From a virus, in IMG/VR virus record IMGVR_UViG_3300010885_057925, positions 107,518 through 171,517 of that record: a stretch of 64,000 bases of DNA. One strand, given 5' to 3'. Made by a program: the position numbers and the translations under genes. The notes under the pieces were generated by a model that had not been told where the DNA came from, did no database searches, and saw only the letters and a program-made list of their open reading frames with translations. Positions within the stretch are counted from its first letter, which is position 1. Every line of letters starts with the position of its first letter. Below are positions 1-10,480 of the stretch, in pieces.

Positions 1-767
1 CCCTCTCTCTTCTCTTCCTCAAAGCGAAGAGATCGATACTCTAGATCACCGAACTTGTAATCGAAAAACTCATCAATCTTTCCAGTGTACACAACTCTCT
101 TCGCCATCGAATTCCACTTCTCGCGATTGCTGAAGTAGTTTTCTCCCAGCGCGATTTCGCAACCATTCAACATATTGTTGAAGATGTTTGTGTATCCTTC
201 TTTTGGAATTCCCTGGTACGTATCGTTGAAGTAGTTATCATCGAATGTCATCCTGATGGGAAGACGTTTGATAATTGAAGCCGGCAAGTCTTTTGGATCA
301 CGCATCCACTGCTTGGTAGTGTATCCACGAATGAAAATATCGTAGATTTCAGGCCCGACTTGAGAAAGAATCCAGTCTTCTAGATTACTTGGATTCTCGC
401 GTGGAACTCGAACAGTCTCGAGCTTTCTCATAGCTTCGTCAGGAGTATTGACTCCCCATACCTGATGAAGCGTCATCAAATTAATTGGGAATGAGTACAT
501 CCTGTTTCTATGCTTGACCTTGGGTCGAAGCACAAAATTGTTGAACTCGGTGAATTGATTCATAAACTTCCAAATTCTTTCATCGGAAGTATGAAAGATG
601 TGCGGGCCGTACTTATGAACGTCGATTCCATCACGACGCTCGCTATAGCAGTTTCCACCGATGTGCTCTCTTCTGTCGATTAGAAGAACGCTCTTACCCT
701 TGCTTCGAGCTTCATGAGCAAATACACTGCCGAAAAGACCAGCACCAATAATGAGGTAGTCGTACAT
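1..767 (-). CDS. glf: UDP-galactopyranose mutase (3' end beyond window edge)
   Basis: Manual translation MYDYLIIGAGLFGSVFAHEA...HIGGNCY...HKYGPHIFHT; absent from the ORF track because it runs off the window. Confidence 0.93.
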   Translation of the reverse strand, partial: MYDYLIIGAGLFGSVFAHEARSKGKSVLLIDRREHIGGNCYSERRDGIDVHKYGPHIFHTSDERIWKFMNQFTEFNNFVLRPKVKHRNRMYSFPINLMTLHQVWGVNTPDEAMRKLETVRVPRENPSNLEDWILSQVGPEIYDIFIRGYTTKQWMRDPKDLPASIIKRLPIRMTFDDNYFNDTYQGIPKEGYTNIFNNMLNGCEIALGENYFSNREKWNSMAKRVVYTGKIDEFFDYKFGDLEYRSLRFEEEKRE

Positions 768-809
768 GGCTTATATTAAACCACGTACGACTACTTTTCA
801 ATCTTAATT

Positions 810-1694
810 CTACTTGAAGCTGTTTAGATAATCCTCAAGCTTTACCTTCGGCTCCCAACCAAGCTCATTGAAAGCTCGATTATTGTTTGCTAGAGTCTCT
901 CTTGTCTCACCGACTCGCTCAGAAACGTAGAGGCGATCTCCACCGATCATAGCTGCAAGATCATTTATCGAGTAATTTTTACCAGTTCCGATGTTGACCG
1001 GTCCGACCACCCACGGCTTTTCAGCTGCGATTAAATTGGCCTTGACAGCATCACTTATATGTGTGAAATCTCTTCGCTGATTTCCGTCACCCACAATTGT
1101 CATGGTATCTCCAGCAGCTTTCTGTCTCATGAAAAGACCCATAACAGGAGCGTACTCACCCTTTAGCGGCTCGCGTGGACCGTAAACATTGAAGTAGCGA
1201 AGAGAGATGGTCGAAAGCCCGTACAGCTTCGTGTAGAGCTCACAAACTTCCTCACCCTGCCACTTAGAGAGCGAATAAGGAGTTGCGCAACCCTTCGGAG
1301 CACTTTCGATAAACGGAGGCTTGGACGCGTGACCGTAGTAAGAAGACGAAGCTGAGTAGACAACGCGCTTCACACCCGCTAGACGACTGCAATCAAGAAC
1401 TCTCTGCGTCCCTAGCACGTTGACAGAGAAGCACTCTGATGGGTTGTTAACCGTTGGCTGGATTCTGGACCTAGCAGCGAGATGGAAAACAACGTCAACA
1501 CCATCGTACAAGTCCTGGTGAAGGTTGCGAATATCAGCGTCTATGTTTGTTGCAGCATCGTTCCAGTAGAACTGGTCATTTTGTGGCGCCGACTTATCAT
1601 CAACGCAGATGACTTCATCACCACGAGCAATCAGAGCATCAACAACATGGGAGCCGATGAACCCAGCACCGCCAGTCACAAGATAACGCATCAA
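810..1694 (-). CDS. NAD-dependent epimerase/dehydratase (UDP-glucose 4-epimerase-like)
   Basis: TGGAGFIGS Rossmann motif, YSLSK catalytic YxxxK, LRYFNVYGP. Confidence 0.9.
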   Translation of the reverse strand: MMRYLVTGGAGFIGSHVVDALIARGDEVICVDDKSAPQNDQFYWNDAATNIDADIRNLHQDLYDGVDVVFHLAARSRIQPTVNNPSECFSVNVLGTQRVLDCSRLAGVKRVVYSASSSYYGHASKPPFIESAPKGCATPYSLSKWQGEEVCELYTKLYGLSTISLRYFNVYGPREPLKGEYAPVMGLFMRQKAAGDTMTIVGDGNQRRDFTHISDAVKANLIAAEKPWVVGPVNIGTGKNYSINDLAAMIGGDRLYVSERVGETRETLANNNRAFNELGWEPKVKLEDYLNSFK

Positions 1695-2662
1695 GAGCTC
1701 CTCTTGCTGACAGCGCGACCGATCTGCTTCTCCCAGTCTCTGTCGTTCGGGCTTCGAATCTCAAGATTCTTCGACCAAGCTGCTTGCATCACAGTCGGCT
1801 TGACGTCGTAATAACGAGCAACGCTCATGAGAGCGTTGATATCCTTAGGGAAGCAATGACCGCCGAAGCCACGCACATAACGACCATCATGAGTTGGGAC
1901 AGGACCTGGAACGGACCAGTGAGACTCACCCAAACGACGATCAAACTTAGCGTACTCAACAACCTTGTCGTAATCGATGTTGAGACCATCTGCGTCAAGA
2001 GCTTCACAAATCTGTGAGATCTCATTAGCAAACGATACCTTGACTGCCAGCATACAATTGGTCACGTACTTGACCATCTCGGCAGTTGTAGAGCTCGTCT
2101 TAACGATTGTAACTTTCGGGAAAGCTCGCTGGAATACGTTCTTGACAGTGTTGATATAGGGCCGTGGGCCACCCAGAACGATGCGATTCTGCTCTCGCAT
2201 GTCATTCACAGCATTCGCTTCGGTCAGAAACTCTGGGTTGAAGACGACGTGGAGGCCTTTGTCGTTGAACTTCTTATTCCAGTTTTCTGTCGATCCGGGC
2301 GGAACAGTGGACTTCACCACAGCGACTCTCTCAGGAGAGTCAGAGGTGTAAGAAGAGTTAGCAATCTCTGCCAAAACCCCCTCAACAATCGAAGTATCTG
2401 CCGCTCCGTCCTCATACATCGGAGTTGGTACGCAAACAAAGAACACGCCAGAGAAACCAGAAGTTCCCTCACATTCTGTCACGAACTCTGCTACAGAGCC
2501 CGGGTAGATAACTTCGTCAGAGTTATTCCTTCGGAAGCCATTCATTCCACCGTTAGCCAGCTTTCCCGCCTTGTCATACACGAAGACTCTCTCGCCGCGT
2601 TCGGAAAATACCGTCGTGAGGCTGCCACCGACGAAACCTTGACCGATAACACCAATGCTCAT
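1691..2662 (-). CDS. UDP-glucose/GDP-mannose dehydrogenase family, short form lacking most of the C-terminal domain
   Basis: GQGFVG, CVPTP, KSTVPPG, NPEFL, GFGGHCFPKD motifs. Confidence 0.88.
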   Translation of the reverse strand: MSIGVIGQGFVGGSLTTVFSERGERVFVYDKAGKLANGGMNGFRRNNSDEVIYPGSVAEFVTECEGTSGFSGVFFVCVPTPMYEDGAADTSIVEGVLAEIANSSYTSDSPERVAVVKSTVPPGSTENWNKKFNDKGLHVVFNPEFLTEANAVNDMREQNRIVLGGPRPYINTVKNVFQRAFPKVTIVKTSSTTAEMVKYVTNCMLAVKVSFANEISQICEALDADGLNIDYDKVVEYAKFDRRLGESHWSVPGPVPTHDGRYVRGFGGHCFPKDINALMSVARYYDVKPTVMQAAWSKNLEIRSPNDRDWEKQIGRAVSKRSS

Positions 2663-2695
2663 TTTCTCTCCTTGATTGATTATCACATAAGAGAG

Positions 2696-3112
2696 TTACA
2701 TTTTCAAATCTAAAATTGAACTGGCTATCTTTTTCTTTAGATCGGTGAGGTTGTAGTCGTGATTTCTGCTGCAGAAATAGACGGGTTTTCCGAGTTCATC
2801 GCCTGTGAATCTCTTATTGACATAATCGGAGCCAAGTATTCTGACATCGAAACTTACTCTCGCAAGCAATCTGCGAAGATCTTCTTCAGTGTTGTAATAG
2901 ACGACTTCGTCAACATGCTTCAAGGCTCGAAGTATCTCGGCTCTTTCTTCCCAAGACTGAACTGGCTTACACTTACTTGGTCTATCGATAGTTGGGTCAT
3001 CCTGCAATGCTACGATCAGACTTTCGCAGATTGCTTTTGACTCCCGAAACATTCGAATGTATCCAGGGTGGATTAGGTCGAATGACCCAGCGATTAGTCC
3101 CGATTTATACAA
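2696..3112 (-). CDS. Cytidylyltransferase (glycerol-3-phosphate cytidylyltransferase-like)
   Basis: [10 protein letters not shown] (HxGH-like) motif, GSDY. Confidence 0.85.
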   Translation of the reverse strand: MYKSGLIAGSFDLIHPGYIRMFRESKAICESLIVALQDDPTIDRPSKCKPVQSWEERAEILRALKHVDEVVYYNTEEDLRRLLARVSFDVRILGSDYVNKRFTGDELGKPVYFCSRNHDYNLTDLKKKIASSILDLKM

Positions 3113-4077
3113 GACGACTCCAGCTGTCTGTAATCCTCTTCATACATAAGCCGGGCCAATTCTTTGAACGTAGTTCTTGGTGACCATCCCAATTTTTCTC
3201 TTGCTTTAGAGAAATCTCCTTCGAGCCATGGAACTTCATGAGGACGCTTAAGACGATCATCTATCAAAAGATGCTTATCGACGTCAAGGCTGGCAATCTG
3301 GAAGACCTCGTCTAAGAATTCTCTGACCGTGTGAGTCTCACCTGTCGCAATGACGTAATCATCGGGCTTGTCCTGTTGAAGCATCAACCACATCGCCTCA
3401 ACGTAGTCTTTCGCGTAACCCCAGTCGCGGAGCGCGTCAAGATTGCCGAGAGCGATCTTGTCTTGGAGACCGAGCTTGATTCGTGCAGCTGCAAGCGTGA
3501 TCTTGCGAGTGACAAATGTTTCACCACGACGAGGGCTCTCATGATTGAAAAGAATGCCTGAAGATGCGTGAATGCCGTAGCCCTCGCGGTAGTTGCGAGT
3601 GAGACCGTGAGCGAAGACCTTGGCGCAGGCGTACGGAGACGCTGGCATTAGACGTGTCTCCTCATTCTGAGGGTGCTCGGGATTATCACCGTACATCTCA
3701 GACGAAGATGCTTGATAGAACCTGCAATCAGGTTGCATGGTCCTGATGCACTCAAGAAGTCGAAGAGGTCCCATCGCTACCGAGTCCACAGTTTCCTCAG
3801 GCACTTCAAACGAGACTCTAACATGCGACTGCGCCGCGAGGTTGTAGACCTCATCAAACTTCTGGTTTGCGAAGAGACGGTAGAATGCTCCAGCATCGTT
3901 CATAGAGCCGTAAACAAGCTGAAAGTTTTTGTGAGCAAGAAGATGATCGATTCTGTCAGTTGCGAGAAGAGAGGTTCTCCGCTTCATGCCAACGACTTTG
4001 TATCCCTTTTCTAGCAAAAGCTCGATGAGGTACGACCCGTCTTGGCCTGTGCATCCAGTCACAAGAGCTGTTTTCAT
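3094..4077 (-). CDS. gmd: GDP-mannose 4,6-dehydratase
   Basis: [48 protein letters not shown]. Confidence 0.96.
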   Translation of the reverse strand: MKTALVTGCTGQDGSYLIELLLEKGYKVVGMKRRTSLLATDRIDHLLAHKNFQLVYGSMNDAGAFYRLFANQKFDEVYNLAAQSHVRVSFEVPEETVDSVAMGPLRLLECIRTMQPDCRFYQASSSEMYGDNPEHPQNEETRLMPASPYACAKVFAHGLTRNYREGYGIHASSGILFNHESPRRGETFVTRKITLAAARIKLGLQDKIALGNLDALRDWGYAKDYVEAMWLMLQQDKPDDYVIATGETHTVREFLDEVFQIASLDVDKHLLIDDRLKRPHEVPWLEGDFSKAREKLGWSPRTTFKELARLMYEEDYRQLESSCINRD

Positions 4078-5015
4078 ATCTTAATCTTAACCCCTCGAAC
4101 GTCAGGGTATCTATCTACGAATGATTTTATTGTCTCTCTAAGGCCATCACGAAGCGGAGTGTACTCATCCGTCCAACCAAGAGATCTAAGCTTCTTGTTG
4201 GATGATGGCTTCTCATACTGACCGTCAGGCTTTGAAGAGTCAAACTTCACATGTCCCTCAAATCCGATTTCCTCTCCGATCATCAGAGAAAGATGTTCGA
4301 TAGAGACCCAATCAGGATTTCCAATGTTGACGGGCTCATCACTGTCATAGTTTTCTGCTAGCCACAGGATGATCTTTGCTGCATCTCTAGCAAAAGTGAA
4401 CTCTCGAATTGGACGTCCAGATCCCCAAACAATGACCTCATTCCTGCCTTCAAGCATCGCCTCGTGGAACTTGCGAATGAGAGCTGGTATGACATGACCA
4501 CTGTTGAGATCGTAGTTGTCATTGATGCCATAGAGATTGTTCGGAATGACTGAGATGAAGTTGCATCCGAACTGTTGACGGTAAGCTCTGCTCTGAACCT
4601 CAAGCATCCTCTTTGCGTATGCATACCCAAAATTCGAATGATGCGGTGGGCCCATGTGAAGCTGATCCTCGGTGAGCGGGTACTTCACATAAGGGGCATC
4701 TGGGTAGATGCAAGTCGAAAGCACGGAGACAAGCTTCAGGTTATTCTCTCTGCAAGCGTCCAGCACATTCATGTTCATCTTGACGTTGTCGTCAAAAAAG
4801 TCTGCGACATAGTCTGTGTTTGCCTTCACACCGCCGACCTTTGCCGCGCAGTGAATGACTGTGTCTACACGACCATCTTCAAGAGTGAGAATAGCGTGGT
4901 TTGACTCAGTCAGATCGCAATCCCTTGAATTGAGACCAATTGATCCTGTTGACAGAGCAAGAATCTCACTGCCCAAGAGCCCTGACACTCCAGTTATGAG
5001 ATTCACGGGCTCCAT
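4074..5015 (-). CDS. fcl: GDP-L-fucose synthase
   Basis: [39 protein letters not shown]; adjacent to gmd. Confidence 0.92.
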   Translation of the reverse strand: MEPVNLITGVSGLLGSEILALSTGSIGLNSRDCDLTESNHAILTLEDGRVDTVIHCAAKVGGVKANTDYVADFFDDNVKMNMNVLDACRENNLKLVSVLSTCIYPDAPYVKYPLTEDQLHMGPPHHSNFGYAYAKRMLEVQSRAYRQQFGCNFISVIPNNLYGINDNYDLNSGHVIPALIRKFHEAMLEGRNEVIVWGSGRPIREFTFARDAAKIILWLAENYDSDEPVNIGNPDWVSIEHLSLMIGEEIGFEGHVKFDSSKPDGQYEKPSSNKKLRSLGWTDEYTPLRDGLRETIKSFVDRYPDVRGVKIKI

Positions 5016-5824
5016 AGATGAAACTCATTCTTAGAAATTAGATCTGCAACCTCTTCGGAAATCGGGCAGTTTCCAGTTATCCCACGCTCAATGTAGGCCG
5101 GCTGCTTGTAGACAACCTTGGGATAATGCCCCTTCTCTGGACCTCTGATTCCAAGCTCTGCTTTTATTCCCACCATGTGTAGCTTCATCTGTTCAAGAGC
5201 CATGAGGCACAAAGGCTCAGCCAGCCTGAAATTAAACCCGACGTGGACGTGATTGTACTTTCCGTCTTGACCCTGCTCGCAGATAGATCGTATCTTCTTA
5301 GCGTCAAGTTTGGAGTTTTTTGGAGTGCAGATCATTCCACCTTCAAACGTTGAGATGTTCTTCGTCTTATAGAAAGAGAACGTTCCAACGTCCGACATCA
5401 TTCCAGCGAATCTTCCGTGGTGATCTTGCGATGCAAATCCCTGAGCAGTGTCTTCTATAACAATGAGATCGTGCTTTCTAGCTATCTCATTGATCTCATC
5501 CATCTGGCAGATTCTGCCGTAAAGATGCACTGGGATAATTGCGCGAGTCCTGGGAGTGATTGCTGCTTCAATCTTCTTCGGATCAATTAAGAGCGTTTTC
5601 GGATCTATATCAACAAATACCGGAGTTCCACCTGCGATCAAGATTGCGTTGCTTGTCGCGATGAACGTGAACGGAGTGGTGATGATCTCATCGCCAGGCT
5701 TCAAGTCAAGAGACCATGTACATGCGATCAATGCGCTTGTGCCGTTGTTGACCGCAACGCAATCCTGCAGATCAAATTCATTTCTAACGTAGTTCTCAAA
5801 AGCTTCTCTTACAAATGCAGGCAA
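5003..5824 (-). CDS. DegT/DnrJ/EryC1/StrS PLP-dependent sugar aminotransferase (compact form)
   Basis: NGTSAL, PFTFIAT, PVHLYG, EDTAQ, FSFYKTKN..TFEGG. Confidence 0.88.
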   Translation of the reverse strand: MPAFVREAFENYVRNEFDLQDCVAVNNGTSALIACTWSLDLKPGDEIITTPFTFIATSNAILIAGGTPVFVDIDPKTLLIDPKKIEAAITPRTRAIIPVHLYGRICQMDEINEIARKHDLIVIEDTAQGFASQDHHGRFAGMMSDVGTFSFYKTKNISTFEGGMICTPKNSKLDAKKIRSICEQGQDGKYNHVHVGFNFRLAEPLCLMALEQMKLHMVGIKAELGIRGPEKGHYPKVVYKQPAYIERGITGNCPISEEVADLISKNEFHLWSP

Positions 5825-5838
5825 GTTCTCTCTCTTTT

Positions 5839-6570
5839 TTAGATTTTAGAAGAACTCGCGCTATTGTACAAAAACTTTTCGTAAATCTCTCTCAACCCCT
5901 GAGGGCATTCATCGATCGACGCGTTGCCGTTCTGACACTTTCTAAAAAAATCTAACACGATGCTTGAGCTGACGTTTATGAGATCTTTGTTTCTCGAGAA
6001 CCCTATCATATTAAATCCCGACTTGTCATCTTTTATGACGGTGAAAGGAAGAACGTCAGATCTGACGCTTGTACCCATTCCTATCATAGAAAATCCGCCA
6101 ATTTTGACGTTCTGATGAACGCAACTATTCATGCCAATATTTGCGAGCTTTCCAATGTAGCAATGACCTCCGATCTGAGCTCCATTAGAGATGATGACAA
6201 AATCATCGAGAATGACGTCATGACCAACGTTTATGTGATTCATGATGTAGCAACCGTTTCCTATCTTAGTCTCTAGTCCAGTTGGCGAGTGGACGGTGCA
6301 ATATTCTCTCAACGTGTTTTGCGAACCAATGATTACTTTTCCGTCTTTGTTTCGGCGAGATCTTGCATGCTGCGGCTCTTGACCGATACAGACGCCATGA
6401 GAAATCACGTTGCCGTCTCCAATTACAACGTCATTCTCTATGATAACGTTTCTTCCGATTCTGTTGTTGGAACCGATTGTTATGTTACCTTCAATGTAGC
6501 AATTTCCCTCTATGATACAATTTTCGCCCAACACTACGTTTTTTCCCACAAACGAAGTAGGGTGCGTCAT
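5839..6570 (-). CDS. LpxA-like acyl-ACP acyltransferase (hexapeptide left-handed beta-helix)
   Basis: Hexapeptide repeats plus IGQEPQ, LREYCTVH, HINVGHD, IGGH, VHQ, DVLPF, GFNMIG, all LpxA-type signatures. Confidence 0.8.
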   Translation of the reverse strand: MTHPTSFVGKNVVLGENCIIEGNCYIEGNITIGSNNRIGRNVIIENDVVIGDGNVISHGVCIGQEPQHARSRRNKDGKVIIGSQNTLREYCTVHSPTGLETKIGNGCYIMNHINVGHDVILDDFVIISNGAQIGGHCYIGKLANIGMNSCVHQNVKIGGFSMIGMGTSVRSDVLPFTVIKDDKSGFNMIGFSRNKDLINVSSSIVLDFFRKCQNGNASIDECPQGLREIYEKFLYNSASSSKI

Positions 6571-7241
6571 ACTGTGAAACCGCCGTCAATCACGATGTCA
6601 GAGCCATTCATAAAATCAGACTTGTCAACCAAGAACTGAACAGCATCAACAACTTCATTGATCTCAGCGAGCCTCTTCATTGGAGTTCTTTCTGAAATCT
6701 TTGACTTCTGAACTTGAGACAGATCTTTTGACATTTCAGTCTCCATGTATCCGGGAGACACAACGTTCGCCCTTATCCCTCTTGATCCCATCTCGACAGC
6801 GATAGTTTTAGCAAAAGAATTTATGGATGACTTGCTCATAGAGTAAGCCGCCAATCCCTTAAAGTGCTTTTTTGCACAAATGGAAGATACAAAGATGACA
6901 TGTCCTTTCTTCTTCTGGCGAAGTCTGTGTTGCATCCACAGTTTGGTCATCATTGCAGGAGCCAAAACGTTAACTTTGTGAATTCTTAAATACGAATCGA
7001 GAGTCTCAACAATCGCTAGATTGCTGTTTGTTATGGCTGCGTTGTGTACCAGAACGTCAACATCAGAAAGCAGATCTCCCAATTTGTCTATCGAACCGAG
7101 GTCTTCTAGGTCAAATGAAACATGTTCCCATGAAAATTCAGAAGAGCTTCTAGAAAGACCAACTACTTCGTGATCGATTTTAAGACGCTCGCAGATGCTA
7201 TAGCCGAGACCCTTTGAGTCTCCAGTAATCAAAACTTTCAT
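6567..7241 (-). CDS. SDR oxidoreductase, FabG-like
   Basis: TGDSKGLG, HNAA, YSMSK, NVVSPG..ETEM, IDGG. Confidence 0.85.
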   Translation of the reverse strand: MKVLITGDSKGLGYSICERLKIDHEVVGLSRSSSEFSWEHVSFDLEDLGSIDKLGDLLSDVDVLVHNAAITNSNLAIVETLDSYLRIHKVNVLAPAMMTKLWMQHRLRQKKKGHVIFVSSICAKKHFKGLAAYSMSKSSINSFAKTIAVEMGSRGIRANVVSPGYMETEMSKDLSQVQKSKISERTPMKRLAEINEVVDAVQFLVDKSDFMNGSDIVIDGGFTV

Positions 7242-8137
7242 TATGACCTCTTTTTCTTTCCAGAATCAGACAATTTAATTTGTGTGACTTTCTCTATCAA
7301 GATTGGTCTCTGGTGCTTTGGAAAAGTATTTGCTATTATCTCTGAGAGGCGGACTTTCTCTATCGATCCCACATACTCAAGCTTGATAGAGTTTCCAATG
7401 ACTGGGGCTTTTATAGAAATACAAGCGCAATCTTCGATGCCATCAATTTCGAGAATTTTTGCCTCTACTTCTTCTAGAGACACAAGAGCGCCAGCAATGT
7501 TTAATTTTGCGTCGACTCTTCCCACGAACTTGTATCTGTCTCCATCAATCTTCCATGAATCTTTTAGAACAATTCCATTAGCTACGAGAGAACCATCTTC
7601 TAAAAAAGAAAAATTTTTGAACTTTTCCCTTGGATATCCCTCGATACCGTCTGATGAGCTACAGATATCACCAGTTTCAGTAGAAGCGTAGACGTGAGTG
7701 ATTCTAGCAGAAGAGAATAGCTTCTTACAGCAATCAAGAGAATACTGCGTCGCGTACTCTCCTCCTAAAGTTACTTGATTCACACCGTTAAATGATCTTC
7801 CAGACCTTAGAAGCTTTTGAGCCTGTGATGGAGTCATGCAAATATCGGTGCATTTCTCAACTTCGTCAAGATTTTCAAAACTTAAATGCTTTACTCTTAC
7901 ATTGCTTTTAATCGCATGAAGAATCACGCTAAGTGAAGCCCACGTTCCCAGAGAGTAAAAAAAACCTATTTGAGAGTTTGGGTGATAGTCTCTTTTCGTT
8001 TTCTTTTCGAGCTCGACAGTGACATCTTTCAGAACTGTTTTTCTTTCTCCGGTAGTTCCGGATGTCTGAATCGCAATCGATTTATTTTCTTTTATGGATC
8101 TCTCTATGCTCTCATAGTACGATTCAAAATCATTCAT
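7241..8137 (-). CDS. AMP-binding acyl-CoA/acyl-ACP ligase-like protein
   Basis: TSGTTG P-loop, YASTETG, GRVD, C-terminal SGKK of adenylate-forming enzymes. Confidence 0.8.
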   Translation of the reverse strand: MNDFESYYESIERSIKENKSIAIQTSGTTGERKTVLKDVTVELEKKTKRDYHPNSQIGFFYSLGTWASLSVILHAIKSNVRVKHLSFENLDEVEKCTDICMTPSQAQKLLRSGRSFNGVNQVTLGGEYATQYSLDCCKKLFSSARITHVYASTETGDICSSSDGIEGYPREKFKNFSFLEDGSLVANGIVLKDSWKIDGDRYKFVGRVDAKLNIAGALVSLEEVEAKILEIDGIEDCACISIKAPVIGNSIKLEYVGSIEKVRLSEIIANTFPKHQRPILIEKVTQIKLSDSGKKKRS

Positions 8138-8375
8138 TTGGCAACATCACGCCAACAAAGATATCCAGCAGATGCTGGACTGTCTTTATCTGATGCCACT
8201 GGATCGGTAAATCCAGAACGTTGATAGAGAACTTATGATCAACATCGATCACAATTTGCGCGTAATCGATGCTGTCAATTCCAACTTCATCAAAAACTGT
8301 GTCAAGCTCAACTTGAATGCTCGGATTGACTCTTCGGATTGCCTCTACAATAGAATCAAAAACTTCTTCTTTCAT
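8130..8375 (-). CDS. Acyl carrier protein
   Basis: 81 aa acidic protein with GIDSID phosphopantetheine-site motif. Confidence 0.8.
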   Translation of the reverse strand: MKEEVFDSIVEAIRRVNPSIQVELDTVFDEVGIDSIDYAQIVIDVDHKFSINVLDLPIQWHQIKTVQHLLDIFVGVMLPNE

Positions 8376-8394
8376 GAGCTTAACCTTTTCAGCA

Positions 8395-9246
8395 TTATAA
8401 ATCGTGAATGCTCGAAAGTTCAATGATGCTGTCGTTCAAATGATACTGCTTGACTCTCTCGCTTGTTGACATGAATCTTTCAGTCAAACGATCTCCACGG
8501 CGAGGAGCGATAATCTCTTTTGCTCTGTCTGGATACAGATCATTTGCAACGTCTTCCATCAGACGAAGATGACCGCTGTTTACTATGAATCGACCTGGCT
8601 CAGATCTAAGCATCGCAAAAATGATAAGTCCAGCCGACTCTTCGACCGAGATGAAGTGACGCTCGCAAGTCGGAGCAACTTTGATAGGCTCGCTCTCTAG
8701 GACTTTGTCCCAGATCTCAAATACGTTGCCCTGCGTCTCGACGACATTAAAGAATCTTGCCACGGAACCACCGCTGTTCATGGTCATTCTCTCTGCGATC
8801 AGCTTGCTAGCTCCGTAAACGATCTCTGGGTTTGCAGACTTGCAAGTAGAAGTCAGAATCATCCTACAGCCATCCGGCTTATTGTCCAGTAAGTTCTTAG
8901 TTCCGATTGTGTTGATCGAAAGTGTCATCCAAGTCTCGTGTTCTCCGACAGGAGCATGCTTCGCTCCCGCGATATTCACGATGATGGTTGGCTTGTAGTC
9001 GTTCAGAACTTGCTTCACTCTGTCAAAATCAGTTATGTCCATCTTGGTGTGATCACCCTCGATGTCAGTCGACAGAAAATTGACATTATGGCGCTTGAAC
9101 TTTTCTACCAGCACAGTGCCGATGCTGCCATTAGCTCCCGTGATCAGAACTCTCTCGTTCAAATTTTCTAATCTGTTCTCAACGCTTACGAGCTGCTGAA
9201 GCTCTTTCCTGCCCAGAACTTTCTCGAGTGAATACTTGTCCATCAT
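8395..9246 (-). CDS. Nucleotide-sugar dehydratase (CapD/PseB-like polysaccharide biosynthesis protein)
   Basis: TGANGSIG, AGAKH, YGASK, RFFNV. Confidence 0.8.
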   Translation of the reverse strand: MMDKYSLEKVLGRKELQQLVSVENRLENLNERVLITGANGSIGTVLVEKFKRHNVNFLSTDIEGDHTKMDITDFDRVKQVLNDYKPTIIVNIAGAKHAPVGEHETWMTLSINTIGTKNLLDNKPDGCRMILTSTCKSANPEIVYGASKLIAERMTMNSGGSVARFFNVVETQGNVFEIWDKVLESEPIKVAPTCERHFISVEESAGLIIFAMLRSEPGRFIVNSGHLRLMEDVANDLYPDRAKEIIAPRRGDRLTERFMSTSERVKQYHLNDSIIELSSIHDL

Positions 9247-9302
9247 TTCTAGAACTCTCCTTTAATTTTTCTATCGAAAGTTTTCGTTCAAAAACCGTGA
9301 TC

Positions 9303-9770
9303 TCAAGTTCGATCAAACGCTCTTTTCACCATGACAATATTATCATGACAGATTCCGTGAAAATTAGTTTTTTCGTACAACTTTTTCGACCAGAAAGCTG
9401 ATGTATCTGAAGGCTGGTTCACTACGCCTCCTGAGACAAAAACTTCCGGGAAAGTCCAGGGAATAGACTTGGATGTCATAGTCAACTTATCGTTCTCATG
9501 CCAGAACCAGTTTAAACCAGATTGATTCAAAAAAGAGATGCACTCTAGATTCTTTGCATGAACCCACAGCTTGCTTGACCTCTCAAGGAGAAATCTCTCA
9601 TCTATTCTATTCTCAGGAAAATCATGACCTAGCTTGAGAGATCCATCGCTTAACCAAAGATCTATCTCAACGTCGAAATCAAGAGACAGAGCTAGATCTA
9701 TTTGATCAGGAAGGTTCTCACGTTCTTTCAGCTTGCCTTCTAAATTTCCTCTGTGAGATATGAATATCAC
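9303..9770 (-). CDS. PLC-like/glycerophosphodiester phosphodiesterase-fold protein
   Basis: ISHRGN, EN, VEIDLW, GHD, WVHAKN. Confidence 0.6.
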   Translation of the reverse strand: MIFISHRGNLEGKLKERENLPDQIDLALSLDFDVEIDLWLSDGSLKLGHDFPENRIDERFLLERSSKLWVHAKNLECISFLNQSGLNWFWHENDKLTMTSKSIPWTFPEVFVSGGVVNQPSDTSAFWSKKLYEKTNFHGICHDNIVMVKRAFDRT

Positions 9771-10480
9771 TTTGCGATCCTGAGGTATCGCTGCAGATCT
9801 TCTGGGGTCCCTATCCCATGCATTTTATGAACGTAGAAAGGAATGACGCTCTTGCTGTCTCCTATCATTTCATTGTAGACGGGAGCAATGTAGAACTCGT
9901 TATTAGTTCTGATATTCTTTTCTATCATGTCTTTTGCAGATCTAACGAAATCGGATCCCTTTCTGTACCAGTAAATTCCGCAAGTAGCTACATCAGATAT
10001 TGGATTTTTTTCAGCAACCTCTGACACAAAACCGTCATCCACTTTAACAAAAGACCACTTCGGATGAACCGCGTTAAACGTAAAAACGATTCCATCGACC
10101 GACGTCATCTTTTTTACTGTCATGAAATTTTCCCTGCTAAACTCGATTATTTGATCTGAGTTTGCGATCAAGAGGTCATCGTCGTTGTTAATAAACTCTT
10201 CTGCTAGAAGCGCCGTGCAGGCTGCACCCTCTGTAAGAGAATCTACCTGAACTATTCTGCAGTTGCCGTTAGTCACTCTCTTTAAGAGAGAATGAATTCC
10301 ATCGAACTTAGCAAGATGCTCTTTTCTAACCAGAAATATGTACTCAGCGTCAAAACCTAGATTTTCAATGACAGCCTGTATCATGGGTCTACCATCTACG
10401 TCTATCAGGGGCTTCGGAAACGTGTACCCTTCAATCGAAAACCTTGAACCCTCACCCGCCATCGGAATTAGAACTTTCAT
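9767..10480 (-). CDS. Sugar-phosphate nucleotidyltransferase (GT-A fold)
   Basis: PMAGEGSRF...PKPLI, EKNPIS, GTPEDL. Confidence 0.85.
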   Translation of the reverse strand: MKVLIPMAGEGSRFSIEGYTFPKPLIDVDGRPMIQAVIENLGFDAEYIFLVRKEHLAKFDGIHSLLKRVTNGNCRIVQVDSLTEGAACTALLAEEFINNDDDLLIANSDQIIEFSRENFMTVKKMTSVDGIVFTFNAVHPKWSFVKVDDGFVSEVAEKNPISDVATCGIYWYRKGSDFVRSAKDMIEKNIRTNNEFYIAPVYNEMIGDSKSVIPFYVHKMHGIGTPEDLQRYLRIAK

